From Pseudomonadota bacterium (GTDB taxonomy: Bacteria > Pseudomonadota > Alphaproteobacteria > UBA2136 > UBA6156): 64,000 bases of DNA. The DNA lies in NCBI GenBank assembly GCA_016125035.1, contig WGMN01000001.1, forward strand, positions 258,427 to 322,426, read 5' to 3'. The notes under the pieces were generated by a model. That model searched no databases. It saw only the letters and a list, made by a program, of their open reading frames with translations, and was not told the DNA's origin. How positions within the stretch are numbered: the first letter of the stretch is position 1; each line of letters opens with the position of its first letter. Below, piece after piece: positions 1 to 9,885 of this stretch. The position numbers and the translations under genes are program-made.

Positions 1-373
1 GCGTTGGGCGTTTAAGAACCTGCCGCTGAGCTTCCACCCCATGGCCACGCCCGCCGCCTATGCGGCGATGGCCGCGCAGCAGCAGGGGAAATTCTGGCCC
101 TACGCGCATGCGCTGTGGGCAGACCAGAAAGACCTGAGCGAAGCCCTGCTGGTAAAGACCGCCAAGGCCGTGGGCCTGGACATGGCCAAGTTTGAAGCCG
201 ACCGCAAGAGCGCCAAGATTAAGGCGATGGTGGAGGCCGACATGGCAGATGCCGAGAGGATCGGGGCGCAGGGGACGCCGTTTTTTGTGATCAACGGCAA
301 GGCTGTTTCCGGGGCGTTGCCGGCGGAGAGCTTTAAGAAGGTGATCGACGGTGAGCTGGCGGGCGGTAAATAG
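1..373 (+). CDS. DsbA-like thiol:disulfide oxidoreductase, C-terminal part; 5' end lies outside the window
   Basis: The ORF track shows M at 41, but the frame is open to the window edge. The translated tail (…GTPFFVINGKAVSGALPAESFKKV) is typical of the DsbA/thioredoxin-fold C-terminus. Confidence 0.6.
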   Translation, partial: RWAFKNLPLSFHPMATPAAYAAMAAQQQGKFWPYAHALWADQKDLSEALLVKTAKAVGLDMAKFEADRKSAKIKAMVEADMADAERIGAQGTPFFVINGKAVSGALPAESFKKVIDGELAGGK

Positions 374-395
374 CCCGCGCGCGGGAGGCTAGGGG

Positions 396-1205
396 ATGGT
401 GGGCATCCGCCGCGTGGTGGGCCGGCCAAGGCGGGTGCGGCAGGCCAGCGCCTTCCCCCTGTTGCCGCTGCTGGCGGCGGTGCTGCTAACCCTGGCGGCG
501 GTGCGGCTGGGCAGTTGGAGCTGGCACTGGTTGAACATGCCGCATGCCAGCAACCCGGTGGACGAGGTGTTGAGCGGCAACCCCTTTAAAGACATGGCGC
601 TGGTACACCCCAAGGCGGCATTGCCGCCCGAAGCCGGGCGCCAGCCCTGGCGGGTGGTGCTGCCGGCACAGCCCAGCAACTTGCAGTTTGGCAACCCCAG
701 CGCGGCGGTGGTGGCCACCGTGCTGACCGACCCGGCCTGCGGCGCCTGCCGCGCGCAGGTGGACGAATGGCTGAAAAAGCTGCCGCGCGGCGTACGCGTG
801 GTTTATAAATTCTGGCCCGCGCAGGCGCAGCGCCTGACGCCAGGGATGTTGCTGGAGCTGGCGCGGCGCAAAGGCGTGACCGCCGACTATCTGCAGCGGC
901 TGGACCGCGCCGACGGCGACCTGAGCGACACCGAGATGCTGGCCATGCTGGAACAGGCCGGTGTGCCGCTGGATGCCCAGCGCGCGGCGCTGAGCGATGC
1001 CAACAACGGCCTGGGCAAGGTGCTGGACGCCGACCTGGCGCTGGCCACCAGCCTGAAAATGCCGCCGCCGCCGGTGCTGACCTTGAACGGTTATGTGATT
1101 GACGGCCAGGTGTTGAGCGAGGACAAGATCGCCACCTATGCCGAGCGGTTGGCCAACCACCAGCCTTTGACGCAAGACAGCGATTATTGGTTGATGGACA
1201 AGTAG
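396..1205 (+). CDS. thioredoxin-fold / DsbA-family protein with a CxxC (CGAC) motif
   Basis: A 269-aa ORF with an N-terminal hydrophobic segment and the motif LTDPACGACRAQ. It sits in tandem with the upstream DsbA-like gene. The start codon is uncertain. Confidence 0.55.
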   Translation: MVGIRRVVGRPRRVRQASAFPLLPLLAAVLLTLAAVRLGSWSWHWLNMPHASNPVDEVLSGNPFKDMALVHPKAALPPEAGRQPWRVVLPAQPSNLQFGNPSAAVVATVLTDPACGACRAQVDEWLKKLPRGVRVVYKFWPAQAQRLTPGMLLELARRKGVTADYLQRLDRADGDLSDTEMLAMLEQAGVPLDAQRAALSDANNGLGKVLDADLALATSLKMPPPPVLTLNGYVIDGQVLSEDKIATYAERLANHQPLTQDSDYWLMDK

Positions 1206-1260
1206 GGACTAGGGGCTAGGGACTAGGGAGTGGGAGCTAGTGGGCTGAGGGGGTGGTGGC
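1203..1260 (+). repeat. G-rich CTAGGG-like repeat tract (possible G-quadruplex former)
   Basis: Seen directly: tagggactaggggctagggactagggagtgggagctagtgggctgaggggg. There are at least six GGG runs separated by 3-5 nt, immediately after the stop of the preceding gene. Confidence 0.5.
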
Positions 1261-1455
1261 GGCAAGTTTGGGGTTATACACAAAAGTACGCGAGCAGTAG
1301 GGGCAGACCACGTGGTTGGGGGTGCCCGCGGCGTCATCCACCATGGTGAGGAACACCTTGGGGTGGCGGCCCGACGCCGGGCCGGAGCACTCCACCCGTT
1401 TATGGCCGGTGGGGACGCTCTCTGCCTTATGGGCGGTGGTGATGGGCTCGGACAT
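1237..1455 (-). CDS. small Cys/His-rich zinc-finger-like protein (72 aa), hypothetical
   Basis: The ORF carries C..H…CPYC spacing (HKRVECSGP…VVCPYCSRTF). No strong RBS was checked, so this could be a spurious high-GC ORF. Confidence 0.3.
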   Translation of the reverse strand: MSEPITTAHKAESVPTGHKRVECSGPASGRHPKVFLTMVDDAAGTPNHVVCPYCSRTFVYNPKLAATTPSAH

Positions 1456-1460
1456 AAGAA

Positions 1461-1491
1461 GTGATTGGTTATTGGTGATTGGTTATTGGTG
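1461..1491. repeat. dispersed intergenic repeat GTGATTGGTTATTGGTGATTGGTTATTGGTG (copy 1)
   Basis: Seen directly. Related copies occur at 1641-1672 and 5328-5355. Confidence 0.6.
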
Positions 1492-1556
1492 GGGTCCTGG
1501 CGTTTATACGACGTTGACGGGGCCGGGGCAACGGGGTAACACGGGCCGCCATGGCT

Positions 1557-1634
1557 GCGCACCCGTAGCTCAGCTGGATAGAGTACTTCCCTCCGAAGGA
1601 AGGGGTCGTGCGTTCGAATCGCGCCGGGTGCGCC
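1557..1634 (+). tRNA. tRNA-Arg (anticodon CCG)
   Basis: Cloverleaf read from the sequence. Acceptor stem GCGCACC/GGTGCGC, D-arm TAGCTCAGCTGGATAGAGTA, anticodon loop CTCCGAA with CCG, T-arm GGTTCGAATCC-like (GTGCGTTCGAATCGCGC), discriminator C. Confidence 0.85.
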
Positions 1635-1640
1635 AATTTA

Positions 1641-1672
1641 CGTTATTCGTGATTGGTGATTCGTTATTCGTG
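1641..1672. repeat. dispersed intergenic repeat (copy 2, variant CGTTATTCGTGATTGGTGATTCGTTATTCGTGG)
   Basis: Seen directly, immediately 3' of the tRNA. Confidence 0.55.
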
Positions 1673-1751
1673 GCGGTTGTGGCGGAATTTCTTGATTGAC
1701 TTGGCGGGGATTCGCTATAATCTGCCCGCCCCAAGGGAGGACGCCGTTACG

Positions 1752-2216
1752 ATGACCAAGCTGGCTATAGATTCTTTGGAACCGCTTAACGATAAACCCG
1801 TGAAAATGCGGGGATATCCGGACAAGTACGTTCCGACCGACAAGGAACCCTACATGAACACCAAGCAGTTGGCGTACTTCCGCGACCTGTTGCTGGTGTG
1901 GCGCAAGGAGCTGGAAGCGGGAAACCTTTCCACCATGCACGACCTGAAAGAACACAGCGCCATTGAGGCCGACATGACCGACCAGGCCACCATTGAGTAC
2001 GAACAAACCCTGGAACTGCGCAGCCGCGACCGCGCGCGCAAGTTGATCAGCAAAATTGACGAGGCGCTGGACCGTATCCGCGAAGGTGAGTTTGGCTACT
2101 GCCAGGAAACCGGCGACCCGATCGGCATCGGCCGCCTGCTGGCGCGCCCCATCGCCACCTTGAGCATTGAGGCCAAGCGCCGCCAGGAGAAGAAAGAAAT
2201 TAGTTACGCGGGGTAA
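1752..2216 (+). CDS. dksA: RNA polymerase-binding transcription factor DksA
   Basis: Coiled-coil region plus C-terminal zinc-finger region (GEFGYCQETGDPIGIGRLLARP). An AAGGGAGG RBS lies ahead of the Met at 1752, so the ORF-track start at 1653 is probably too long. Confidence 0.88.
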   Translation: MTKLAIDSLEPLNDKPVKMRGYPDKYVPTDKEPYMNTKQLAYFRDLLLVWRKELEAGNLSTMHDLKEHSAIEADMTDQATIEYEQTLELRSRDRARKLISKIDEALDRIREGEFGYCQETGDPIGIGRLLARPIATLSIEAKRRQEKKEISYAG

Positions 2217-2217
2217 C

Positions 2218-2718
2218 ATGGCGCACCCCGGACCCCTGCCGCCGCTGCAAAAGGTGCCGACCATAGAACGGCTGCTGGCCCCGGGTGAGCGGGTGATCTA
2301 CACCGCCAAGCTGCACCCCCTGTTTGGATGGTACTGGGCGGTGGCGGGCTTTCTGCTGATGGGGCTTGGCTACTTTTGGGCACCGCTGGCGTTGTTGGGA
2401 TTGCCGCCGCTGGGGGTTTACTGGCTGGCCTTCCGCAACAACGAAGTGGCGGTGACCACCCACAGGTTGCTGGTGCGGCGCGGGGTGGGCAAGATTTATT
2501 TAGAGGCCGTATTGGCCGAACACATTGACGACTGGCGGTTGAAGCAGAGCCTGCTGGGGCAGCTGCTGCACATGGGCACGGTAAGCGTGGGCGTGCATGA
2601 TGCCAGCGACACCCGCGCGCTGGTATTTACCTACATGTGGCACCCGTTGAGTTTTTTGGAAGCGTTGGAAACTTTGCAAAGCCGTCTTTATGAACAGCCC
2701 AGCAAGCGTGCCGCCTGA
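2218..2718 (+). CDS. membrane protein with bacterial PH-like (YdbS/YdbT-type) domain
   Basis: Two predicted TM helices followed by a small β-rich domain. The start overlaps the dksA stop. Confidence 0.5.
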   Translation: MAHPGPLPPLQKVPTIERLLAPGERVIYTAKLHPLFGWYWAVAGFLLMGLGYFWAPLALLGLPPLGVYWLAFRNNEVAVTTHRLLVRRGVGKIYLEAVLAEHIDDWRLKQSLLGQLLHMGTVSVGVHDASDTRALVFTYMWHPLSFLEALETLQSRLYEQPSKRAA

Positions 2719-3088
2719 GGAGCTGCGCCTGGCCAAGGCGCGGGATGTGCTGCAGGTGTTGTGGCAGGGCGCGCGCGCCGAGTTGGGCGCGGAATATTTG
2801 CGCGTGGAAAGCCCCAGCGCCGAGGTGAAAGGGCATGGGCCGGGCGACGCGCGGCTGGTGAGCGGCAAGCGCGGCGTGACGATTGAGGGGCTTGAGCAGG
2901 TGGGGAATTATGCGGTGAAGATCAGCTTTAACGACGGGCACCGCACGGGGATTTACACCTGGGAATACCTGAAGACGCTGGCGGATGAGTTTGAAGAGCG
3001 CTGGGCGGCTTATGAGCGTGACCTGAGCGCCGCCGGGCTTGGCAGAGACAAAGCCGGGCCGGTGGTTTTGCGCCGCGATTTGAGATAG
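2690..3088 (+). CDS. DUF971-like (gamma-butyrobetaine-hydroxylase N-domain-like) protein
   Basis: 132 aa. The motifs VKISFNDGH…GIYTWEYL are typical of this family. Confidence 0.55.
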   Translation: MNSPASVPPEELRLAKARDVLQVLWQGARAELGAEYLRVESPSAEVKGHGPGDARLVSGKRGVTIEGLEQVGNYAVKISFNDGHRTGIYTWEYLKTLADEFEERWAAYERDLSAAGLGRDKAGPVVLRRDLR

Positions 3089-3097
3089 GTTGGCGTT

Positions 3098-3535
3098 ATG
3101 CGGTGGTTTTGGCTTTTGGCAGTGATGGTAGCGGCGACGGCGCAGGCCGAAGTGGTGGCGCCGTTGCGCCTGGAGCTGCGCAACGCGCTGGTGCCCGAAG
3201 GCAAGGCGCCGTGGAGCGTGGCGCTGAGCGGTGATTTATATAACCCCACCAGCGACACCGTGGTGATCAGCGGGGCGAGCTCCCCCGTTGCCGGGCAGGT
3301 GGTGCCGCAGGTGTATGGTTATGATGCGAATGGCCTGCGCCAGGTGAGCGTGCCCAAGACGCTGGTGCTGGCGCCGCGCGGCGAGCTGGAATTTACCCCC
3401 GGGCAGCGTGAGCTGAAGTTTATCGGCCTGCGGCAGGATTTGAGCGCGGGCGACGAAGTGCCGCTGTACTTAAAGGATGACAAGGGCCGGGTGCAGGTGT
3501 TCCGCGTAACGGTGATTGGCGGGGTGGCCGAGTAA
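3098..3535 (+). CDS. secreted periplasmic protein (possibly DUF461/PCuAC-like)
   Basis: Signal peptide MRWFWLLAVMVAATAQA followed by a β-rich ~125-aa domain. There is no obvious Met/His copper motif, so the family call is weak. Confidence 0.4.
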   Translation: MRWFWLLAVMVAATAQAEVVAPLRLELRNALVPEGKAPWSVALSGDLYNPTSDTVVISGASSPVAGQVVPQVYGYDANGLRQVSVPKTLVLAPRGELEFTPGQRELKFIGLRQDLSAGDEVPLYLKDDKGRVQVFRVTVIGGVAE

Positions 3536-4203
3536 TGCGCGAGGTTGTGTTTGACACCGAGACCACCGGCTTTGGCGTGGAAGAGCACCGGGTGATTGAG
3601 ATAGGCTGCGTGGAGCTGGTGAACAGGCTGCCCACCGGGCGGACCTTCCATAGTTACCTCAACCCCGAGCGGGCGATCGATTATGACTCGCAGAAGATCC
3701 ACGGCATTACCGACGAGAAGGTGAAGGATGCGCCGCGTTTTGGCGAGATCGCCGAGGGGTTGCTGGCGTTTTTTGCGGACTCTCCGCTGGTGGCGCACAA
3801 TGCGGAATTTGACTTCAGCTTTGTGAACCGCGAGTTGGCGCGCTGCAATTTGGCGCCGCTGGCCAACGAAATGCGTGACAGCCTGGCCTTGGCCAAGAAG
3901 AAACTGCCCGGCCAGCGGCACAACCTGGATGCGTTGTGCCGCTATTACAGCATTGACCTTTCCGCACGGACGTACCACGGCGCGTTGCTGGACGCCCAGT
4001 TGCTGGCGGACGTGTATGTGGAGCTGACCGGCGGCCTGCAGGGCAGCATGCAGCTGGAGGCAGTGGCGGAGAAAGTTGTGGTGGCGGACAGCGAAGTGGT
4101 GGCGGTGAGTGGCGGCGGGCTGGTGGTGGAAGCCAGCGAGGCGGAAAAAGCCGCCCATGGGGCGTTTATGGCGAAGTTTGTGCCGGGTGGGCGTTGGGAG
4201 TAG
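3535..4203 (+). CDS. dnaQ: DNA polymerase III epsilon subunit (3'-5' exonuclease)
   Basis: Exo I motif VVFDTETTG, Exo II HNAEFD and Exo III YHGALLDAQLLADVY are all present. Confidence 0.9.
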   Translation: MREVVFDTETTGFGVEEHRVIEIGCVELVNRLPTGRTFHSYLNPERAIDYDSQKIHGITDEKVKDAPRFGEIAEGLLAFFADSPLVAHNAEFDFSFVNRELARCNLAPLANEMRDSLALAKKKLPGQRHNLDALCRYYSIDLSARTYHGALLDAQLLADVYVELTGGLQGSMQLEAVAEKVVVADSEVVAVSGGGLVVEASEAEKAAHGAFMAKFVPGGRWE

Positions 4204-4211
4204 TTTTTGTA

Positions 4212-4238
4212 TTAGCACTTACTTGACTTGAGTGCTAA
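4212..4238 (+). promoter_or_regulatory. CIRCE operator (HrcA binding site)
   Basis: TTAGCACTT-N9-GAGTGCTAA, a near-perfect match to the CIRCE inverted repeat, lies directly 5' of hrcA. Confidence 0.85.
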
Positions 4239-4257
4239 TGCGCCCTATTTTGGCGCC

Positions 4258-5331
4258 ATGGACAGCAAAACACCCCATACCATCACCGAGGCCAAACCGG
4301 CCGAGAAACTGAACACCCGCGCGGCCCAGGTGCTGGCGGATGTGGTGGAGAGCTACGGGCAATCCGGTGAGCCGGTGGGCAGCCGCGCGCTGGTGGAAAG
4401 CGGCAAATACCAGCTGAGCGGGGCGAGCATAAGGAACGTGATGCAGGACCTGGAGGGCATGGGCCTGCTGACCCACCCCCACACCAGCGCCGGGCGCATG
4501 CCCACCGAGCAGGGCTACCGCTATTACGCCCAGCACCTGGTGGAGGCCGAAGAGCCTGATGCGGCGGTGAAGAAGGCGTTGGAGGAGCAGATACACATTA
4601 ACAAGAGCTCCACCCAGCTTTCTCGCGATGTGACCAGCACCCTCTCTGCCCTGACCAACTGCGCCGCGCTGGTAACCACCCCCAAGAATGACAACGACCC
4701 GTTGGAAAACATGGAATTTGTACGTCTGACCGGCGACAAAGTGCTGGTGGTGATGGTGACCAAGAGCGGCGAGATTGAAAACCGCGTGATCGAGGTGCCG
4801 GCTTTTATCGGCGCAGAGGATTTGCAAAAGGCGGCCAAGAACTTGAAGCCGATGGTGATGGGGCACACCCTGGACCAGGCGCGGACGGCGATGATCGCCG
4901 GGTTGGCCGAGCAAAAAGGCCAGGTGAACGCCATGCTGGACCAGATGATGGCCGCCGCCCATGAGTGGGGACAGCCGGTGACCGCAGATGGCGCGATGGT
5001 GGTGGCAGGCAGCACGAATTTGTTCCAGTACCCCGAGTTGGTGCGCGACAGGTTGCAGAGCCTGGTGAAGCTGTTTGAGGAAAAGCGCTTGCTGATGGCG
5101 TTGGTGGAAGAAGTGCGCGGCAGCAATGGAGTGAAGATATTTGTGGGGCATGACGTGCCGGTGGTGGGCGCGGAAGACGTGAGCATTGTGGCCGCGCCTT
5201 ATGGCCATGCAGGGAAGAAGCTGATTGGCAGTTTGGGGGTTATCGGCCCGATGAGAATGAACTATAAGCGCACGTTGGGGGTGATTGATTACACCGGCAA
5301 GTTGCTGAACCGCGTGTTGGCAGAGAAGTGA
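4258..5331 (+). CDS. hrcA: heat-inducible transcription repressor HrcA
   Basis: The family-typical N-terminal winged HTH and the C-terminal region are present. The start is placed at 4258 (MDSKTPH) because the ORF-track start at 4228 lies inside CIRCE. Confidence 0.88.
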   Translation: MDSKTPHTITEAKPAEKLNTRAAQVLADVVESYGQSGEPVGSRALVESGKYQLSGASIRNVMQDLEGMGLLTHPHTSAGRMPTEQGYRYYAQHLVEAEEPDAAVKKALEEQIHINKSSTQLSRDVTSTLSALTNCAALVTTPKNDNDPLENMEFVRLTGDKVLVVMVTKSGEIENRVIEVPAFIGAEDLQKAAKNLKPMVMGHTLDQARTAMIAGLAEQKGQVNAMLDQMMAAAHEWGQPVTADGAMVVAGSTNLFQYPELVRDRLQSLVKLFEEKRLLMALVEEVRGSNGVKIFVGHDVPVVGAEDVSIVAAPYGHAGKKLIGSLGVIGPMRMNYKRTLGVIDYTGKLLNRVLAEK

Positions 5332-5355
5332 TTGGTTATGGGTTATTGGTGATTA
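5328..5355. repeat. dispersed intergenic repeat (copy 3: GTGATTGGTTATGGGTTATTGGTGATTA)
   Basis: Seen directly. It overlaps the hrcA stop codon. Confidence 0.55.
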
Positions 5356-5367
5356 AGAAAGGAAGAT

Positions 5368-5952
5368 TTGATGGTTGAGGACAAGAACATGAAAGACGGC
5401 GCGCATATGCCGGAAGTGGATGAAGTGGTAGAGGTGGTGGATGATGCGTTGCGCGCCGAAGCCGAAGGCGCAGAGGCTGTGCATGAGACGCTGATTGCCG
5501 ACCGTGACAGCTGGAAGGATAAGGCCATGCGTGCCGCCGCCGAGGCTGAGAATGTGCGGAAACGTGCCGCCGCCGACGTGATGGAAGCGCGGCAGTACGG
5601 CATTGCCAAGTTTGCGTTGGAAATGGTGGGCGTGGGCGACAACCTGGCACGCGCGCTGGGTGCGCCGGAAGGCAACGAGAAGGCCCTGCGCGACGGGGTG
5701 GCGATGACCGCGGCGTTGCTGGAGCAGATTCTGGGCCGCTTCGGCGCGGTGAAGATTGTGGTGAAGAAGGGGGATGTGCTGAACCCGGAACTGCACCAGG
5801 CGGTAGGTGAAATGGAAAGCGGCGAAGTGGCGCCGGGCAAGATTGTGCATGAGGCGCAGGTGGGATTTACGCTGAACGGGCGGCTGCTGCGGCCGAGCAT
5901 GGTGATGGTGGCCAAAGCGCCGGAAGCGCGGGGGGGGGAGGCGGTGGCATGA
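5368..5952 (+). CDS. grpE: nucleotide exchange factor GrpE
   Basis: Acidic N-terminus, a long helix, and the C-terminal β-domain ending …FTLNGRLLRPSMVMVAKA. Confidence 0.9.
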   Translation: MMVEDKNMKDGAHMPEVDEVVEVVDDALRAEAEGAEAVHETLIADRDSWKDKAMRAAAEAENVRKRAAADVMEARQYGIAKFALEMVGVGDNLARALGAPEGNEKALRDGVAMTAALLEQILGRFGAVKIVVKKGDVLNPELHQAVGEMESGEVAPGKIVHEAQVGFTLNGRLLRPSMVMVAKAPEARGGEAVA

Positions 5953-6539
5953 ACAACGAAATCGAAGCCAAGTATTTGAGTGTAAACCTAGAAGGTTGTC
6001 GCGCAGATTTGCGCAATGCAGAATTTTCCTGCGTGCGGCCATGGAGCCTGATGCGGCGTTATACCTTTATGCTGACAGAGCTTAACCCCAGCCTGCATAA
6101 ATGGGCGCGGGTACGCGATGAAGGCGACAAAATAACAATGACCTTTAAACAGGTGCATGACGCCCAGCGCATTAACGGCACGGAAGAGGTTGAATTTGAG
6201 GTTTCTGACTTTGACAGTGCGGTTTTGTTTATGCAACGAATCGGCTTCATCCACTGGGCTTACCAGGAGAATCAGCGGGAGACATGGGTGAAGGACGGAA
6301 TAGAAGTGACCCTTAATGAATGGCCCGCCTTACCGCCCTTTGTGGAGATTGAGGCCGCCAACGAAACCCTGGTAAAAGACGCCAGCAAGGAGCTGGGTTT
6401 TGACTACGGCAAGGCAGTGTTCGGAGGTATCGGCAGGCTCTACGGCCTGCAAACCGCTTTTACGGAAGAAGATATTTCCAACGTGCGCGAACTGACTTTT
6501 TCCAAAGCAAAGACCCTGCAAGTGGAAGTTGGTACATGA
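5949..6539 (+). CDS. CYTH-domain protein (CyaB/triphosphate-tunnel metalloenzyme family)
   Basis: N-terminal EIEAKYL motif and a ~190-aa length. The start overlaps the grpE stop (ATGA). Local GC is clearly lower than the neighbouring genes. Confidence 0.65.
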   Translation: MNNEIEAKYLSVNLEGCRADLRNAEFSCVRPWSLMRRYTFMLTELNPSLHKWARVRDEGDKITMTFKQVHDAQRINGTEEVEFEVSDFDSAVLFMQRIGFIHWAYQENQRETWVKDGIEVTLNEWPALPPFVEIEAANETLVKDASKELGFDYGKAVFGGIGRLYGLQTAFTEEDISNVRELTFSKAKTLQVEVGT

Positions 6540-6994
6540 AGGACCGTTTGACCATTGTGGAGGCTTGCACCGCGGATGAGCGGGAGGCTTATTTTGGGTT
6601 GCGCCACCAGGTGTTTGTGGAAGAGCAAAATGTGCCCGAGGAGATTGAGCGCGACAGTTTTGACGAGTTGCCTGAAACCAGGCATCTGTTGGGGTATGTG
6701 GACGGCAAGCCCGCCGCCACCGTGCGGGTGACCTACCCCCAGCCGGGCAAGGCCAAGATTGGCCGCCTGGCGGTGCTGCCGGATGCGCGTGGCAGCGGCT
6801 GTGCGCGGGCGTTGCTGGAAACGGTGATGAAGGACTTCCCCGAGCAGGGCATTACCCTGGCGGTGATGAGCGCGCAGAGCTATTTGCAGCGTTTTTATGA
6901 GAGTGTGGGCTTTGTGGTGGTGGGAGAGCCCTACAAGGAAGCCGGCCTGGACCATGTGTGGATGGAAATGCCGGTGAAGGAGATGGCGGCGTGA
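6536..6994 (+). CDS. GNAT family N-acetyltransferase
   Basis: An acetyl-CoA-binding motif (RGSGCARALLE) and a GNAT-typical length. The start overlaps the CYTH stop. Confidence 0.75.
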   Translation: MKDRLTIVEACTADEREAYFGLRHQVFVEEQNVPEEIERDSFDELPETRHLLGYVDGKPAATVRVTYPQPGKAKIGRLAVLPDARGSGCARALLETVMKDFPEQGITLAVMSAQSYLQRFYESVGFVVVGEPYKEAGLDHVWMEMPVKEMAA

Positions 6995-7053
6995 CTTTCA
7001 CCGCGAGATTTTATCTTTAACAACCCTAGTATTGAGACAAAGGAGAGACGACG

Positions 7054-8967
<1,914 letters not shown>

Positions 8968-8985
8968 GGTGCCCGGAACCTGAAA

Positions 8986-9010
8986 GGGGGGCCATGGTGC
9001 CCCTTTTTTG
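8986..9010 (+). terminator. rho-independent terminator after dnaK
   Basis: GC-rich hairpin GGGGGC-catggt-GCCCC followed by TTTTTT. Confidence 0.6.
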
Positions 9011-9169
9011 TTGCCAAAAAGCTGCAATTTGTATGCAGAAAAGGGTTAAAAGCGGGGTTTTTGCTATGAAAAACTTACTTACATTGTGCTAAATAGCTGG
9101 AAAGAAAGGTGCAGGAGAGGCTTGCGCCTGCACAACCAACGACCTAAATAACCGCGGAAAGCCAAGACG

Positions 9170-9829
9170 ATGACGCGACGCTACGCCCTGTTGGCCACCA
9201 TGGTGGCCCTGCTGGCCCTGCCCGGGGCGGCTTTGGCGTGGAATAGCAATTACATGAGCGGGTATGGAGGGTCATCCGGTTACGGCGGCTCCGGGCGTTA
9301 TATGAGCGGCTATGGCGGCTCGCACGGTTATGGTGGGTCGGGGCGTTATATGAGCGGGTACTCGGGCAGCCGTGGGTCTTATACCTCGCACTACAGCCAT
9401 GGGTCGTCTTCGTACGCTTCCAGGGCGTCTTCCGGCAGCGGGACGCATTACTACCACGTAGGTGTAAGCAGCAATAATGGGGGCGGGACGTATCCGTTCA
9501 GCTTTTACCGCCGTGGCGGCTATGACACCCGCAACGGCTACACCAGTGCTTACGCCCCCACGGAACGCCCGCACCGCGCCAGCTACGAAGCCTACCTGGA
9601 GCGCCTGCACCGCAACGCCCAGCAAGGCCGCAGCAGCTACATAGACACCGAAAGCATGGCCGCGCGCCAAGCCAACCCCCGCCCGGTGGCGCTGATGGAT
9701 GTTGAGCCCGCCGCCGGGCCTGCCAACACCCAACAACAGCCCGCCATGTGCGGCAACTGGCTGGGCCGCCCGGTGGAATGCCAGGAAACCACCACCAAGT
9801 GGCAGCCGTGGATGGAGCTTTACGATTAA
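9170..9829 (+). CDS. secreted Gly/Ser/Tyr-repeat protein (hypothetical)
   Basis: Signal peptide …ALPGAALA followed by tandem RYMSGYGGSxGYGGSG repeats, then a Cys-containing C-terminal domain. It is inserted between dnaK and dnaJ. Confidence 0.6.
   Translation: MTRRYALLATMVALLALPGAALAWNSNYMSGYGGSSGYGGSGRYMSGYGGSHGYGGSGRYMSGYSGSRGSYTSHYSHGSSSYASRASSGSGTHYYHVGVSSNNGGGTYPFSFYRRGGYDTRNGYTSAYAPTERPHRASYEAYLERLHRNAQQGRSSYIDTESMAARQANPRPVALMDVEPAAGPANTQQQPAMCGNWLGRPVECQETTTKWQPWMELYD
9251..9375 (+). repeat. 54-nt tandem repeat (about 2.3 copies) encoding RYMSGYGGSHGYGGSG
   Basis: Seen directly in the nucleotide sequence. It lies inside the 9170-9829 CDS. Confidence 0.7.
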
Positions 9830-9885
9830 AACCGCCAGCCCCGTTGAGGAGGGGTTGACCGCGGCTTATCACTCGGGATATTGAA

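Noticed and set aside
4219-5208. 329-aa minus-strand ORF opposite hrcA
   Set aside because: It is antisense to hrcA. Its H/R/Q-rich translation is typical of spurious GC-rich frames.
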